NCBI GenBank assembly: GCA_029942125.1
Contig: JAPYUB010000001.1
Location: 1-43,074 of the forward strand
Direction of reading: 5' to 3'
DNA: 43,074 bases
Source of the DNA: Candidatus Thalassarchaeaceae archaeon
GTDB lineage: Archaea; Thermoplasmatota; Poseidoniia; Poseidoniales; Thalassarchaeaceae
The notes under the pieces are model-generated. The model was not told the DNA's origin. It worked only from the letters and a program-made list of their open reading frames with translations, and did not search any database. The number at the start of each line of letters is the position of its first letter. The first letter of the stretch is position 1. A program made the position numbers and the translations under genes. Below, one piece after another: positions 19,295-29,339 of this stretch.

Positions 19295-20905
19295 TCACAT
19301 TCTAAATATTCCGAAATTCGTATCTGGCATCGGCGCGTTGAGACTAGCACTAATCGCCAGGCCTAGAACATCGCGAGTATCTCGAGGATCGATGATGCCA
19401 TCGTCCCATAATCGCGCTGTCGAATAGTATGGTGAACCCTCGGCCTCATATTTCTCTAGTATTGGGGCTTGGAAATCCCCCCATTCCTCATCTGTCATTG
19501 GATCAAGGCCCTCTCGAACCCGCTGGTCCTGCTTCACGGTGGCAAGAACGTCAGCTGCTTGTGGCCCACCCATGACTGATATACGGCTGTTCGGCCACAT
19601 GAAGAGGAAACGAGGGTCAAATGCCCGACCACACATCCCGTAATTACCTGCACCATGGCTACCACCGATGATGACTGTGAACTTTGGTACGGGGACACAC
19701 GATACAGCTGTCACGAGTTTTGCACCATCCTTGGCGATGCCACCGGCTTCGTAGTCCCGACCGACCATGAAGCCCGTAATGTTCTGCAAAAAGACAAGAG
19801 GTGTTCCACGTTGTCCACAGAGTTCAACGAAGTGCGCACCTTTGAGAGATGATTCTGAGAACAGGATACCATTGTTCGCAATAATACCAACAGGATATCC
19901 ATGAATCCGAGCAAAGCCACAAATCAGCGTTGGTCCATATCTTGCCTTGAATTCATGAAAACGACTCCCGTCGACGATTCTTGCAATCACCTCCCGAACA
20001 TCAAACGGTGTTCGATTGTCTTCAGGGATGATTCCGAGGATCTCATCAGCAGAGTAGGTTGGATCCTCGGGTGCTTGAACCTCCAACTTCGTTTTCGGCC
20101 CTGTGTTGAGGTTCTCAACGATGTTGCGAACCATGCGCAGTGCACTTGGTTCATCCTCGGCGTAATGATCTGCCACACCAGATTGTGCAGTATGGACATC
20201 GGCCCCACCCAAATCTTCGGCAGAGACCTCTTCCCCCGTTGCGGCCTTCACCAACGGTGGACCTGCTAGGAAAATTGTACCGTTGCCTTTGACGATTATG
20301 GATTCATCAGACATCGCTGGAACATACGCCCCTCCAGCAGTGCAGGAACCACACACTGCAGCAATCTGCGGGATGCCCTTTCCACTCATGATGGCTTGAT
20401 TGCGGAAAATTCTACCGAAGTGCCCTTTGTCTGGAAATACCTCGTCTTGCATCGGTAGAAAAGCACCACCAGAATCGACCAGATAGATACAGGGAAGATG
20501 ATTGGCATTCGCAACTTCTTGAGCCCGAATATGTTTCTTGACGGTAATCGGATAGTACGAACCGCCCTTGACTGTGGCATCATTGGCCACGAATAGGCAT
20601 TCCTTTCCATGAACAACACCGATTCCGGTAATCATGCCGGCACTGGCGGCTTTGCCGTCATAGAGATCGTATGCGGCAAGTGGTGACAATTCGAGGAAGG
20701 GTGTGCCGGGGTCACAGATTGCAGAAATTCGTTCACGCGGCAATGCCTTGCCTCGACTACGATGCTTCTCGACATATTTTCCCCCCCCTCCTTGTTGAAC
20801 TCCGTCAAGTCGTTCCCGAAGTGTAGCGAGGAGGGTACTATTGTGTTCATGATTCGACTTGAATGCCGCATCCGAGGAATTGACTCTGGTTTGAAGTCGG
20901 TCCAT
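19295..20905 (-). CDS. mccB: 3-methylcrotonyl-CoA carboxylase beta (carboxyltransferase) subunit
   Basis: [51 protein letters not shown]-terminal FGIFRM. Confidence 0.92.
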   Translation of the reverse strand: MDRLQTRVNSSDAAFKSNHEHNSTLLATLRERLDGVQQGGGGKYVEKHRSRGKALPRERISAICDPGTPFLELSPLAAYDLYDGKAASAGMITGIGVVHGKECLFVANDATVKGGSYYPITVKKHIRAQEVANANHLPCIYLVDSGGAFLPMQDEVFPDKGHFGRIFRNQAIMSGKGIPQIAAVCGSCTAGGAYVPAMSDESIIVKGNGTIFLAGPPLVKAATGEEVSAEDLGGADVHTAQSGVADHYAEDEPSALRMVRNIVENLNTGPKTKLEVQAPEDPTYSADEILGIIPEDNRTPFDVREVIARIVDGSRFHEFKARYGPTLICGFARIHGYPVGIIANNGILFSESSLKGAHFVELCGQRGTPLVFLQNITGFMVGRDYEAGGIAKDGAKLVTAVSCVPVPKFTVIIGGSHGAGNYGMCGRAFDPRFLFMWPNSRISVMGGPQAADVLATVKQDQRVREGLDPMTDEEWGDFQAPILEKYEAEGSPYYSTARLWDDGIIDPRDTRDVLGLAISASLNAPMPDTNFGIFRM

Positions 20906-20906
20906 G

Positions 20907-20926
20907 CGCACCCCTTAGGGGGTGCG
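20907..20926. promoter_or_regulatory. Perfect GC-rich inverted repeat immediately upstream of the mccB start
   Basis: CGCACCCC-TTAG-GGGGTGCG (8-bp stem, 4-nt loop); function unknown. Confidence 0.5.
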
Positions 20927-20958
20927 AATACGGGCTTGGCCTTGAACACTCGCCCGTT

Positions 20959-22275
20959 TCAAACGCCTAGAGTCATTCGTAGAACATCTCGCAATCCGGG
21001 CGCTAAACCGACAACGAGAAGACAAAGAATCACCAATAAACGCAAGTGACGGTGACGGTGTTCGAATCGAGCCGAGGCGAAAAGCCACCAGATTAATCCT
21101 GCAAGTCCAAACTTCAGAATGCCAAAGCCCCAAGCGGTTTCAGCAAATTCGATGACTTTCTGTGAAAGAACATGCTTTTCGCCATATCCATAATACTCCA
21201 ATCCAACACTAGTAGCAAGGCCGTCAATCATCTGGCCGTACATCGCTAGAAGAATGATTGGAAGCCCAAGTATGGCACGTGGTGTTAGTGCTTCCATGCG
21301 TTCCCAAGTGGACGAATGTTGGCGATCCCAATCATCCAAAGATATCCCAACCGGAACGATGCCTGGTTCCAAACCCATGTGATGTAATTCTGAACGTGCC
21401 TTTTGTCCTGAAAACCAAAGCAAAATGCAGAGCAGAAGTGGACCACATACAATCAAGGCGAATGGGGTCAATGAGATGGGGATTCGTCCGTTCAATGGCT
21501 CGGTGTAAAGCATTAGCCAACCCGAGAGATGCATGAAACAACCACCGATGCCCACTTGGATGAGACCTTGCTCGATGGCTGTGCAACACTCAAGGAATGG
21601 ATGGAGGAAGATAATCAACAGAAGTCCACCAAATGGAGCTAGGAATAGAGGGGAGATGAGGAATGAGATCTGATCTTGCTCCCAATGCTGGCTAATTTGT
21701 GGCATGAAGAGTACAATCTGAAAAAGAATCAAAATGACTGCCAATTGAGTGATAGCAACGCGATTCTCTGAGCCCACCCTTCGAGATACGTTATGACACA
21801 TCCAACCGGTAAGAATCACCCACGCGGCGACATGGAAATGAATCAGTGGTGAAACGAATAATCCACCCATACCCTCTAGGTCAAAAAGTTGACCATCTTC
21901 ATTCACCTCACCGAGAGCCGCCCAAATAACCCATGGAACAAGGGCGAGAATGGAACTGTCTCTGGCGGGGATGCCAATTCTACGGAGCCAAGCGGATAGG
22001 ACGATGACAAAGGAGACCAGCAGTAGTGAGTAAACCACAGTATCCACGGGATTGTAACCTGCATCTCCTGTGGTTGAATCCAATGAATGAGGTTCGATGA
22101 AATAGGATTCGTACCCTTCTGAAAGGATGTTTCCAGGTGCGATATCTTGTCCGACAATTGCACCCAATACTAGAATTACGATTGTGACAATAAATGTGGC
22201 TGCACTTCGTTCCATTAGAGAGAATTGATGGTCGGGAAATGGTACCTCTGAGAGGACCGAACTCTCGTCTGCCAT
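20959..22275 (-). CDS. DUF63-family archaeal polytopic membrane protein
   Basis: GYNPVDTVVY and DGLATSVG...YGYGEKH motifs; about 11 TM segments. Confidence 0.75.
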   Translation of the reverse strand: MADESSVLSEVPFPDHQFSLMERSAATFIVTIVILVLGAIVGQDIAPGNILSEGYESYFIEPHSLDSTTGDAGYNPVDTVVYSLLLVSFVIVLSAWLRRIGIPARDSSILALVPWVIWAALGEVNEDGQLFDLEGMGGLFVSPLIHFHVAAWVILTGWMCHNVSRRVGSENRVAITQLAVILILFQIVLFMPQISQHWEQDQISFLISPLFLAPFGGLLLIIFLHPFLECCTAIEQGLIQVGIGGCFMHLSGWLMLYTEPLNGRIPISLTPFALIVCGPLLLCILLWFSGQKARSELHHMGLEPGIVPVGISLDDWDRQHSSTWERMEALTPRAILGLPIILLAMYGQMIDGLATSVGLEYYGYGEKHVLSQKVIEFAETAWGFGILKFGLAGLIWWLFASARFEHRHRHLRLLVILCLLVVGLAPGLRDVLRMTLGV

Positions 22276-22313
22276 GAGAACCCGCTCAGGGTCATCGCTT
22301 CAAAGCGATTGCT

Positions 22314-23036
22314 TCACTCTTCTTCGCTGACTTCGGGGGCTTCGTCGACTTGACGGGCTTCGTGAACTTCGCGGAACACAATTGTCTGTACACCGACGTG
22401 ATCTCGCAACGTTCGAATGAGGCTGAACTTGGTAAAGGCCCAGTTTTGATTGTATCCAACGGACTCAGGGAGTGTGATGGTCACATCATCGCCATCGAAA
22501 GTAACCTCAAATCCATCTAGACCAGTGTTGGTTTCTAAGAGGGTGGATACTTTCTCGGCACGATCTTCGACGACCTTGACGATGCGATATTTGTAACGCA
22601 GCGTACGACCAGCGAGTGGATGGTTGAAGTCGATTCGAGCGCGACCTGCACGAACCATCCGAAGAATACCCTGCTTTCCATTGATTTCTACTGGGCCACC
22701 GATGGCAAGACTGTCGGCGTCACGCACTGAGCGTGCAAGAACATCTTGGCCCATCGTTTCAACCGCGTTGGGATCACGTTCGCCATATGCATCCTCTGGT
22801 GCAATGTCGAATTCATAATCTGTCTCGGCATCAGCTTCGGCCAAGTGTGTCTCAAATCCAGCAATCAAACGACCGTCACCAATGACGGTGATGAGGGGGG
22901 TGTATTTTCGATTCTCATCGAACTGATCTGCTTCCTTTGCAACTTCCTCTCGAGTGGTCTCGATGAGGGTGTCATCATCCACATTGTATAGGTCGTAATC
23001 GATATGGATTATTGAACCGTTCTCCATTTGGGACAC
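22314..23036 (-). CDS. slyD: FKBP-type peptidyl-prolyl isomerase (long archaeal SlyD-like)
   Basis: GRLIAGFE, PEDAYGERD, IDFNHPLAGRTL, archaeal C-terminal extension; alternative ATG at 23027. Confidence 0.9.
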   Translation of the reverse strand: MSQMENGSIIHIDYDLYNVDDDTLIETTREEVAKEADQFDENRKYTPLITVIGDGRLIAGFETHLAEADAETDYEFDIAPEDAYGERDPNAVETMGQDVLARSVRDADSLAIGGPVEINGKQGILRMVRAGRARIDFNHPLAGRTLRYKYRIVKVVEDRAEKVSTLLETNTGLDGFEVTFDGDDVTITLPESVGYNQNWAFTKFSLIRTLRDHVGVQTIVFREVHEARQVDEAPEVSEEE

Positions 23037-23115
23037 CTGCCTAGCATTGTAAGCGGCCCGCCGACCAACTTCCCCTTTATGAGCGTGCGTATGGTATAAG
23101 CCGAGCCCGTAGGGC

Positions 23116-25326
23116 TCATTCTTCCTCTTCTTTTGGAATCGATGGAGTCATAATCCAATTCAATGCGGTTCCAATCAAAATGAGCGACCAACCCATCCAG
23201 ACGAGATGACTGCCAGTCAAATCATAGATGACAACACGAATCCGGTCAACAGAATCGCCTTGCTGCATGAATGATGTTAGATAGAGTTCGTTCGCTTGAC
23301 TTTGATCGAAAATCATCACCAAGTCGCCATGCGGCCGGTGCCAGATATCTGTTTCTGGGCGTGCGGGAATTCCACCCTCATCGAATCGAAGCATTCCGGG
23401 TGTCATCGTTGCAATGATTTCCCCATTAGCCTCTTTCCGAATTTCCACAGTCACGACGATTTTTCCATCGCCAACACCCTCATTCCATACATCATCATCG
23501 GAACTGGTGGCGGTCAATTCAGTAAATGTGTACCAATAATTTCCATGCTCGATAGGGGTGTCTTTTGCGAGCATGACGATGTGACTCGGGTCCCCCCGCT
23601 GAACCAGTGTTGTGGTAAACACATGTCCAACCAACAATAGAAGGATACCCAGATGAGCCACGTGGATGGCCATACGGCGAAGTTGCAACGGTTTCCGACG
23701 AAGTTGGAATTCACCATATCGAGTCCATATCAATCGGGCAATCGGTGGAACGGAGAATAGGAGAAGAGGAAGGGCAAAGCCCGCAATCATACCACGTGTG
23801 AATCCACCAGGATAGAAGAGATGGTCGGCATCACCAGGCAAGGCATCACCGATGATGGCAGCGAACAGGATACTGAATACAATCATACAGCCCAATAGCC
23901 GTGGAATCAAATGTGGTTCGACAACTTTGCGCCAACTGTAGACCATGAGTCCTAAAGCGGCCATACAGAGAAGGGGTAATCCGAAAATTTCGTGCCATGC
24001 AAGATTGGTCCCATCTACCTCAGCGAGCAACAACAACCAGGTGAGTAAGAGGAAGGGGGCACCAATGGCCAAAGGGACCCAGACGACTACGCGTTGCTGC
24101 CAACGTCCATCGGTCCAATCCAATGGTGGGTCTTCCTGATCACCTAACAATAACATCGGTGATAGGAAACCAAGCATTCCAATCACTGCAGGTATCATTT
24201 CTAAGAGGAAGGCCCAGTAACTGAAAAGCATCAACATCACGCCAGCAGTCATCCAGACTACGCGTTCTTTTGCGGTTCTTTGATTCCACAACAGGAATGC
24301 GAATACCCCGGTCAGGATTCCAACCTCCAATGTGCCCATCCAGGACCCTAAAAGTGAACCAGCGAGGATGGCCAAAGGAGTCCATTCCTGTTCCTCAGTA
24401 TTTGCAAAATGCCGTGTCACCAACCACATCAAACCCACAAGAATGAGTAGATAGAGATGAACTTCGATGCCCGCAGGATCATCAAAACCAAGTTCCAAAA
24501 TCCGTTGAATGGGGCCCATTGATGGATCTATTTCACCTTCGGCGACAAAGGCATGGACACTATTCCAGACTCCATTGGCGCGAGTGACTAGTGTTGCATG
24601 AATTGCAAAGAATGCGGGCACAATTCCCAATCCTACGAACCATTGATCTTCATTGGCCATACCCTTGGGCAATCTGAGATGAAGGAGAAGTATTAGGGAA
24701 ATCCATGGTAACAGAGAACCTGTCTCTACCGGATCCCATGCCCAGTAGCCACCCCAATCCAATACAGTGTAAGCCCACAGCCCCCCAAGGCCAACGCCAA
24801 GTGTCCCTACCAACAATGCGGGTCGTGCAAGGTGAAGAATTCGGTCTCTCGCGGGCGCGCCCGCGAAGAGCATTGCTGAGATAGCATGTACACCGACCCC
24901 CACACAGAGTGTGTAAAATGCAAAGATGACCGGCGGGTGTATTACCATCAAATCGGTCTGTAGCAGAGCGTTTAGGCCCGGACGATTTATCGCATCACTG
25001 GGGGTCGCGCGGAATGGATTCAACATCAGCGCGATGAGGAGAAGTAGAGTTGATAATCCAATCAACAAACGAAGGCGAAACTGGTGTTGATAATCAGTTT
25101 CAGTAGGATATTGTTCACCATCAATTAGGATTAGAGCTCCCAGCATGGCCACCCATAGCAACAAGGGACCTTCACGACCGGCCCATATTGCGCTGATTCG
25201 GTAGAAGAAAGGAAGATCAGAACCGCCATTGTTCCATACATACTCAATGTTTGAAGCATCGATGAGAAACAAGAACAACAGAATCGTAAATGGTAGCATC
25301 AGTAGAATGCCAAGAAGCCTTCTCAT
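23116..25326 (-). CDS. ccmF: Cytochrome c maturation heme lyase CcmF-like protein
   Basis: WAGREGPLLLW, GLNALLQ...IHPP, WGGYWAWDPVETGSLLPW (WWD motif), SVHAF, AHLG; ATG at 25326 follows the GGR stop. Confidence 0.85.
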   Translation of the reverse strand: MRRLLGILLMLPFTILLFLFLIDASNIEYVWNNGGSDLPFFYRISAIWAGREGPLLLWVAMLGALILIDGEQYPTETDYQHQFRLRLLIGLSTLLLLIALMLNPFRATPSDAINRPGLNALLQTDLMVIHPPVIFAFYTLCVGVGVHAISAMLFAGAPARDRILHLARPALLVGTLGVGLGGLWAYTVLDWGGYWAWDPVETGSLLPWISLILLLHLRLPKGMANEDQWFVGLGIVPAFFAIHATLVTRANGVWNSVHAFVAEGEIDPSMGPIQRILELGFDDPAGIEVHLYLLILVGLMWLVTRHFANTEEQEWTPLAILAGSLLGSWMGTLEVGILTGVFAFLLWNQRTAKERVVWMTAGVMLMLFSYWAFLLEMIPAVIGMLGFLSPMLLLGDQEDPPLDWTDGRWQQRVVVWVPLAIGAPFLLLTWLLLLAEVDGTNLAWHEIFGLPLLCMAALGLMVYSWRKVVEPHLIPRLLGCMIVFSILFAAIIGDALPGDADHLFYPGGFTRGMIAGFALPLLLFSVPPIARLIWTRYGEFQLRRKPLQLRRMAIHVAHLGILLLLVGHVFTTTLVQRGDPSHIVMLAKDTPIEHGNYWYTFTELTATSSDDDVWNEGVGDGKIVVTVEIRKEANGEIIATMTPGMLRFDEGGIPARPETDIWHRPHGDLVMIFDQSQANELYLTSFMQQGDSVDRIRVVIYDLTGSHLVWMGWSLILIGTALNWIMTPSIPKEEEE

Positions 25327-25330
25327 CAAC

Positions 25331-26557
25331 TCACCATCCGTAGTACTTGGCACGGCTGTAACCAAAGGCAAGCATCGCGGGAATAATCCGACGGAAATAC
25401 AAACTAGGTTTTCGGACTAACAAACGAAGTCCAACCATCGCTTTCCCGTGTGGTCCCATGGCAGACATTTCTTGAGGGAAACATCGACCCATCAATGACA
25501 TCTCATCATCACTGAGAGCATAGAGAGCAGATTTGCCCTTGAGAATTTTTTCATAGGGTGGAAATTCTCGTTTCCATGCTGCTTGATAGGATGCAAGATT
25601 TGAACCGGAGAGGTCACCGGAATCGATGGCCTTCACGGCAGTTTTCGCTGCGAAAACAGCGGATTTGAGAGCCAAATGTGAGCCGCCCTCGAAAAGAGGA
25701 GAGGTGAATCCCGCGGCGTCACCAACCAGCATCAATCCATCAGAATATGTCCATTCATGCGGACCTGAAATGGGAATTGTTCCTCCAAATCCACGAATTG
25801 AAACAGAATCATCCCGCCAAGGAGGGTTGGTGATTTCAAGATCTGAGAAATGGGTGATATCGATGAAGGCATCCAAGTCTTTCACAAGGCCCTTCTTGTT
25901 CTCGCTAACCAAACCCACATTTGCACGTCCATCACACTTTGGAATCATCCATAGATATCCTTTCTTGGCATATTCTGGCCATATGTAAAAGTCAAGATAA
26001 CCATCTGTTGGAACATCGTGCATTTCGTATTGAATTCCGGCAATCACTTTGGGTCGTTCGTTGAGTTTGGTCAGTTTTGAGCAAACCCCCGCAACGCCAG
26101 ATGCATCGATGAGAATTTTGGCTGTGATTGGGAAGGTGTCTCCTTTACCTTCACACATCCAACCTTCGAATTTACCATCAGATTCTATACGAGTCATTCC
26201 AGTCAATTTGTGACTTAAATTGAGGTTCGCCCCCTCTGAGACTGCTTCATCGGCAATCCACTGTTCAAACAAGTGCTTTTCGAGGACATATCCTGGCTCA
26301 GAAAGTAGTTTCTTCGTGCCATCTGGAAAGATAACGCGAATGCCGTCAACATGTAAGCTAATCACAGAATCTGGAAGTTCCAGTTCAAGGTTGGCAACGG
26401 CGAGATCTGACAAACATTCACCACAATGTACAGGGGTGCCAATTTCAGAGTGATCTTCGATGAGAATAACCGACAATCCGGCCCTTGCAGCATGGAGGGC
26501 TGCAGCGCCTCCACCGGGGCCTGCTCCGATGACGAGGACATCACACTCGGCTGCCAT
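25331..26557 (-). CDS. Geranylgeranyl reductase family flavoprotein
   Basis: DVLVIGAGPGG, CGECLS, GYLWMIPK, VGDAAG...PLFEGG; start trimmed to ATG 26557. Confidence 0.88.
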   Translation of the reverse strand: MAAECDVLVIGAGPGGGAAALHAARAGLSVILIEDHSEIGTPVHCGECLSDLAVANLELELPDSVISLHVDGIRVIFPDGTKKLLSEPGYVLEKHLFEQWIADEAVSEGANLNLSHKLTGMTRIESDGKFEGWMCEGKGDTFPITAKILIDASGVAGVCSKLTKLNERPKVIAGIQYEMHDVPTDGYLDFYIWPEYAKKGYLWMIPKCDGRANVGLVSENKKGLVKDLDAFIDITHFSDLEITNPPWRDDSVSIRGFGGTIPISGPHEWTYSDGLMLVGDAAGFTSPLFEGGSHLALKSAVFAAKTAVKAIDSGDLSGSNLASYQAAWKREFPPYEKILKGKSALYALSDDEMSLMGRCFPQEMSAMGPHGKAMVGLRLLVRKPSLYFRRIIPAMLAFGYSRAKYYGW

Positions 26558-26655
26558 TGGAAGGGTTTGCAGTGAATACGGGCCTTGAATCAGTCGGTGC
26601 CGTAGGCACCGGCGTACATCCGCTGGATTTGATAGGAAGAACGTTTCCGGCGACC

Positions 26656-28497
26656 ATGGGATGGCGCCGACTCGATCGTTACCTCCGCTCATTGGAGGAC
26701 AAAGGAGATTTGATTCGAGTCAAACATCCTGTCGATTGTTATCTTGAGGCTGGGTGTATTGCCGACAAGCTCGTGAAGAACGGTGGTCCTGCGGTCATTT
26801 TTGAACAACCAAGACTCGCAGATGGAACCATTTCAAAATTTCCATTGGCGATGAATCTCTATGGGACTCGGAGGCGCACCAATCAGGCATTGCGGGTTGA
26901 AATGCCCAGTGAGATTGGAGAGAGATTGACGGACTTGATGAAACCAGATATCGGTGCCTTTGCCAAGCGACCGTGGAAGGCATGGTCTCTGGCCAAGAAA
27001 GCACTGTCTCTCCCACCAAAGAAAATCCGAAAGGGGGCGTGCCAACAGGTTCGAATGGATGAACCCGATCTGACAAAATTGCCAATTCCAACCACTTGGC
27101 CAATGGATGCTGGGCCGTTCATCACGTTACCTTTGGTTGTAACCAAAGACCCAGCCAGCGATGAATACAATCTGGGCATGTATCGAGGACAAGTGTACGG
27201 GCCAAAGGAGGTGGGACTTCATTGGCAGATGCACAAACATGGCGCTGAACATGCAGATGCTAACAATGGAAAAATGCCCGTCGCAATTTGTCTTGGAGGC
27301 CCCCCCGAAGTTATGTTCAGTGCGATTGCGCCACTACCTGACAATCTCGAAGAATATATGTTCGCAGGATTGTTGGCAAAAGAGCGACTACGAATCACAA
27401 AATGTCTAACTCAAGATTTGTGGGTTCCTGCCGAAGCAGATGTTGTCATCGAAGGATACACCATTCCAGGGGAGACCCGAAAGGAGGGGCCATTTGGAGA
27501 TCACTTTGGTCATTATTCTCTAGAAGGTGAATTCCCTGTTCTACATGTGACTGCAATCACACACCGGAAGAATGCGATCGTGCCAATGACTATTGTCGGC
27601 AAACCACCAATGGAAGATGGTTATCTGGGCGAAGCGATCAGTGATGCCTTCATGCCCGTATTACGATTCCAGCATCGTGATGTTCGCGATGTCTTCTTGC
27701 CATTAGAAACCGGCTTTCACAATCTCGCAATCGTATCATCCAAACAGCGGTATCCTGCACAAGCACGGAAAACTGCACTTGGACTGTGGGGTGCTGGCCA
27801 GATGATGTTCCTCAAGACCATTGTCGCGACCGGGCCAGAACATGAGGTGAAGAATCTTGACGCGTTACTCGATGTGTTGGATCAAAATGTCTCAATCCCT
27901 GATGATTTGGTGGTTTTAGATGGAATGGTTGCTGATCAATTGGCACATGCAGCACCATACGAAGGTGTTCATTCCAAGCTTCTCATCGATGCCTCGACCA
28001 AGCGAGAACAAAGTGCCCCTGACATTTTACTGGATGGAATCGATGGTATCACTCAACATCGCTGGATTCGACCCTCCATGTTGGTAATTACCACTCGAAT
28101 CGATGGTGGGCCATCTGAATCGGAAAATACTGAAGTGGTCGACGAAGAAGCGAGTCACAAACAAAGAGAACAAATTTCTCAATTGATGAATTCAATTTGG
28201 CAATTAGAAAAATCAGAAAATATGCGCTGGTTATTCATCACAGATGACAGTGTCGATCTGAATGCAGATGATGCGATGAGGACCCTGTTATGGCAACTGT
28301 TTTGCAGATTCGAGGTGAGTCGAGATTTACACCATTCACCCGAGGGGGGGAGAATCTGCTGGGATGCAACTGCACCCATTCCATCTGAAGAAGGGGGAAT
28401 GCCAGTACGAAGATGGCCAGCTGTTTGTCTGCACGATCCTGATATTCAGCAGATAGTCGACGAGTGGTATGAGCAAGAGGTGCGAACATGGGCGTGA
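26656..28497 (+). CDS. ubiD: UbiD-family prenyl-FMN decarboxylase (MqnL-like)
   Basis: YNLGMYR, HWQMHKHG, EGPFGDHFGHY, GKPPMED, LWGAGQMMFLK; start trimmed to ATG 26656. Confidence 0.9.
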   Translation: MGWRRLDRYLRSLEDKGDLIRVKHPVDCYLEAGCIADKLVKNGGPAVIFEQPRLADGTISKFPLAMNLYGTRRRTNQALRVEMPSEIGERLTDLMKPDIGAFAKRPWKAWSLAKKALSLPPKKIRKGACQQVRMDEPDLTKLPIPTTWPMDAGPFITLPLVVTKDPASDEYNLGMYRGQVYGPKEVGLHWQMHKHGAEHADANNGKMPVAICLGGPPEVMFSAIAPLPDNLEEYMFAGLLAKERLRITKCLTQDLWVPAEADVVIEGYTIPGETRKEGPFGDHFGHYSLEGEFPVLHVTAITHRKNAIVPMTIVGKPPMEDGYLGEAISDAFMPVLRFQHRDVRDVFLPLETGFHNLAIVSSKQRYPAQARKTALGLWGAGQMMFLKTIVATGPEHEVKNLDALLDVLDQNVSIPDDLVVLDGMVADQLAHAAPYEGVHSKLLIDASTKREQSAPDILLDGIDGITQHRWIRPSMLVITTRIDGGPSESENTEVVDEEASHKQREQISQLMNSIWQLEKSENMRWLFITDDSVDLNADDAMRTLLWQLFCRFEVSRDLHHSPEGGRICWDATAPIPSEEGGMPVRRWPAVCLHDPDIQQIVDEWYEQEVRTWA

Positions 28498-29339
28498 AAG
28501 ATATTCTTGATTTTGTCAAGATAGAACACACTCTCTTCTCCCTACCCTTTGTTTTCATTGGGGCATGGATTGCAGGCAATCCTACCACACTTCAGTTAAC
28601 GTGGATCCTCATTGCTGCAGTTGGGGCAAGAGGTTTGGCCATGAGTCTGAATCGAATAATTGATCGCAACGTTGATGCGGACAATCCCCGAACTTCTGGT
28701 CGGCATCTGGTTGAAGGTACCATGTCATTGAATACAGCATGGGGATTGTGTGCAATCTTCCTGTTAATGTTGCTCATCGGAGCATGGCAATTGAATATAG
28801 TGGCTCTTGCAATGAGTTGGTTACCTGTGCTTGCGTTCATCGTTTATCCTTATACGAAGAGGGTGACATGGACGTGTCACCTTTGGCTCGGCCTGTGTTT
28901 GGCACTGGCCCCTGCTGGAGCCTGGCTTGGAATCGTTGGAGGGGATTTAGGGTGGGATGCAATTACCGAATTGCATTGGTACCCAACCATTTTCTGGATT
29001 TGTCTCGGTGTCATGTTCTGGATAGCAGCATTCGATATGAATTATGCATTGATGGATATCGAAAGTGATCGTCAACAAGGAATCCAATCATTTCCAGCAA
29101 GATTCGGCGAACATCACACTATGCGAACCAGTGTTCAATTCACTCTCTTGTGGTTCGCTTGCTTTGCAATCTCAAATCCTGTCGATGAAATTACATTTCT
29201 AGGAGCAGCTCTCTTGATGTGTGTCATCAATGCGGGCGTGATCATTGCTCGGAATAGATTGAGTGATTTCCAGAAGACCTTCTACTACACCAGTGTCGTC
29301 ACCGGTTGGGTTCTACTGGGAGGATTGATGGCGACATGA
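28488..29339 (+). CDS. ubiA: UbiA-family aromatic prenyltransferase (MqnP-like)
   Basis: KIEHTLFSLPF, NRIIDRNVDADNPRT, YPYTKR, FDMNYALMDIESD. Confidence 0.9.
   Translation: MGVKDILDFVKIEHTLFSLPFVFIGAWIAGNPTTLQLTWILIAAVGARGLAMSLNRIIDRNVDADNPRTSGRHLVEGTMSLNTAWGLCAIFLLMLLIGAWQLNIVALAMSWLPVLAFIVYPYTKRVTWTCHLWLGLCLALAPAGAWLGIVGGDLGWDAITELHWYPTIFWICLGVMFWIAAFDMNYALMDIESDRQQGIQSFPARFGEHHTMRTSVQFTLLWFACFAISNPVDEITFLGAALLMCVINAGVIIARNRLSDFQKTFYYTSVVTGWVLLGGLMAT

Noticed and set aside
26557-26692. Apparent head-to-head overlap of the GGR and ubiD ORFs
   Set aside because: Artefact of longest-ORF starts; plausible ATGs at 26557 (-) and 26656 (+) leave a 98-bp divergent promoter region
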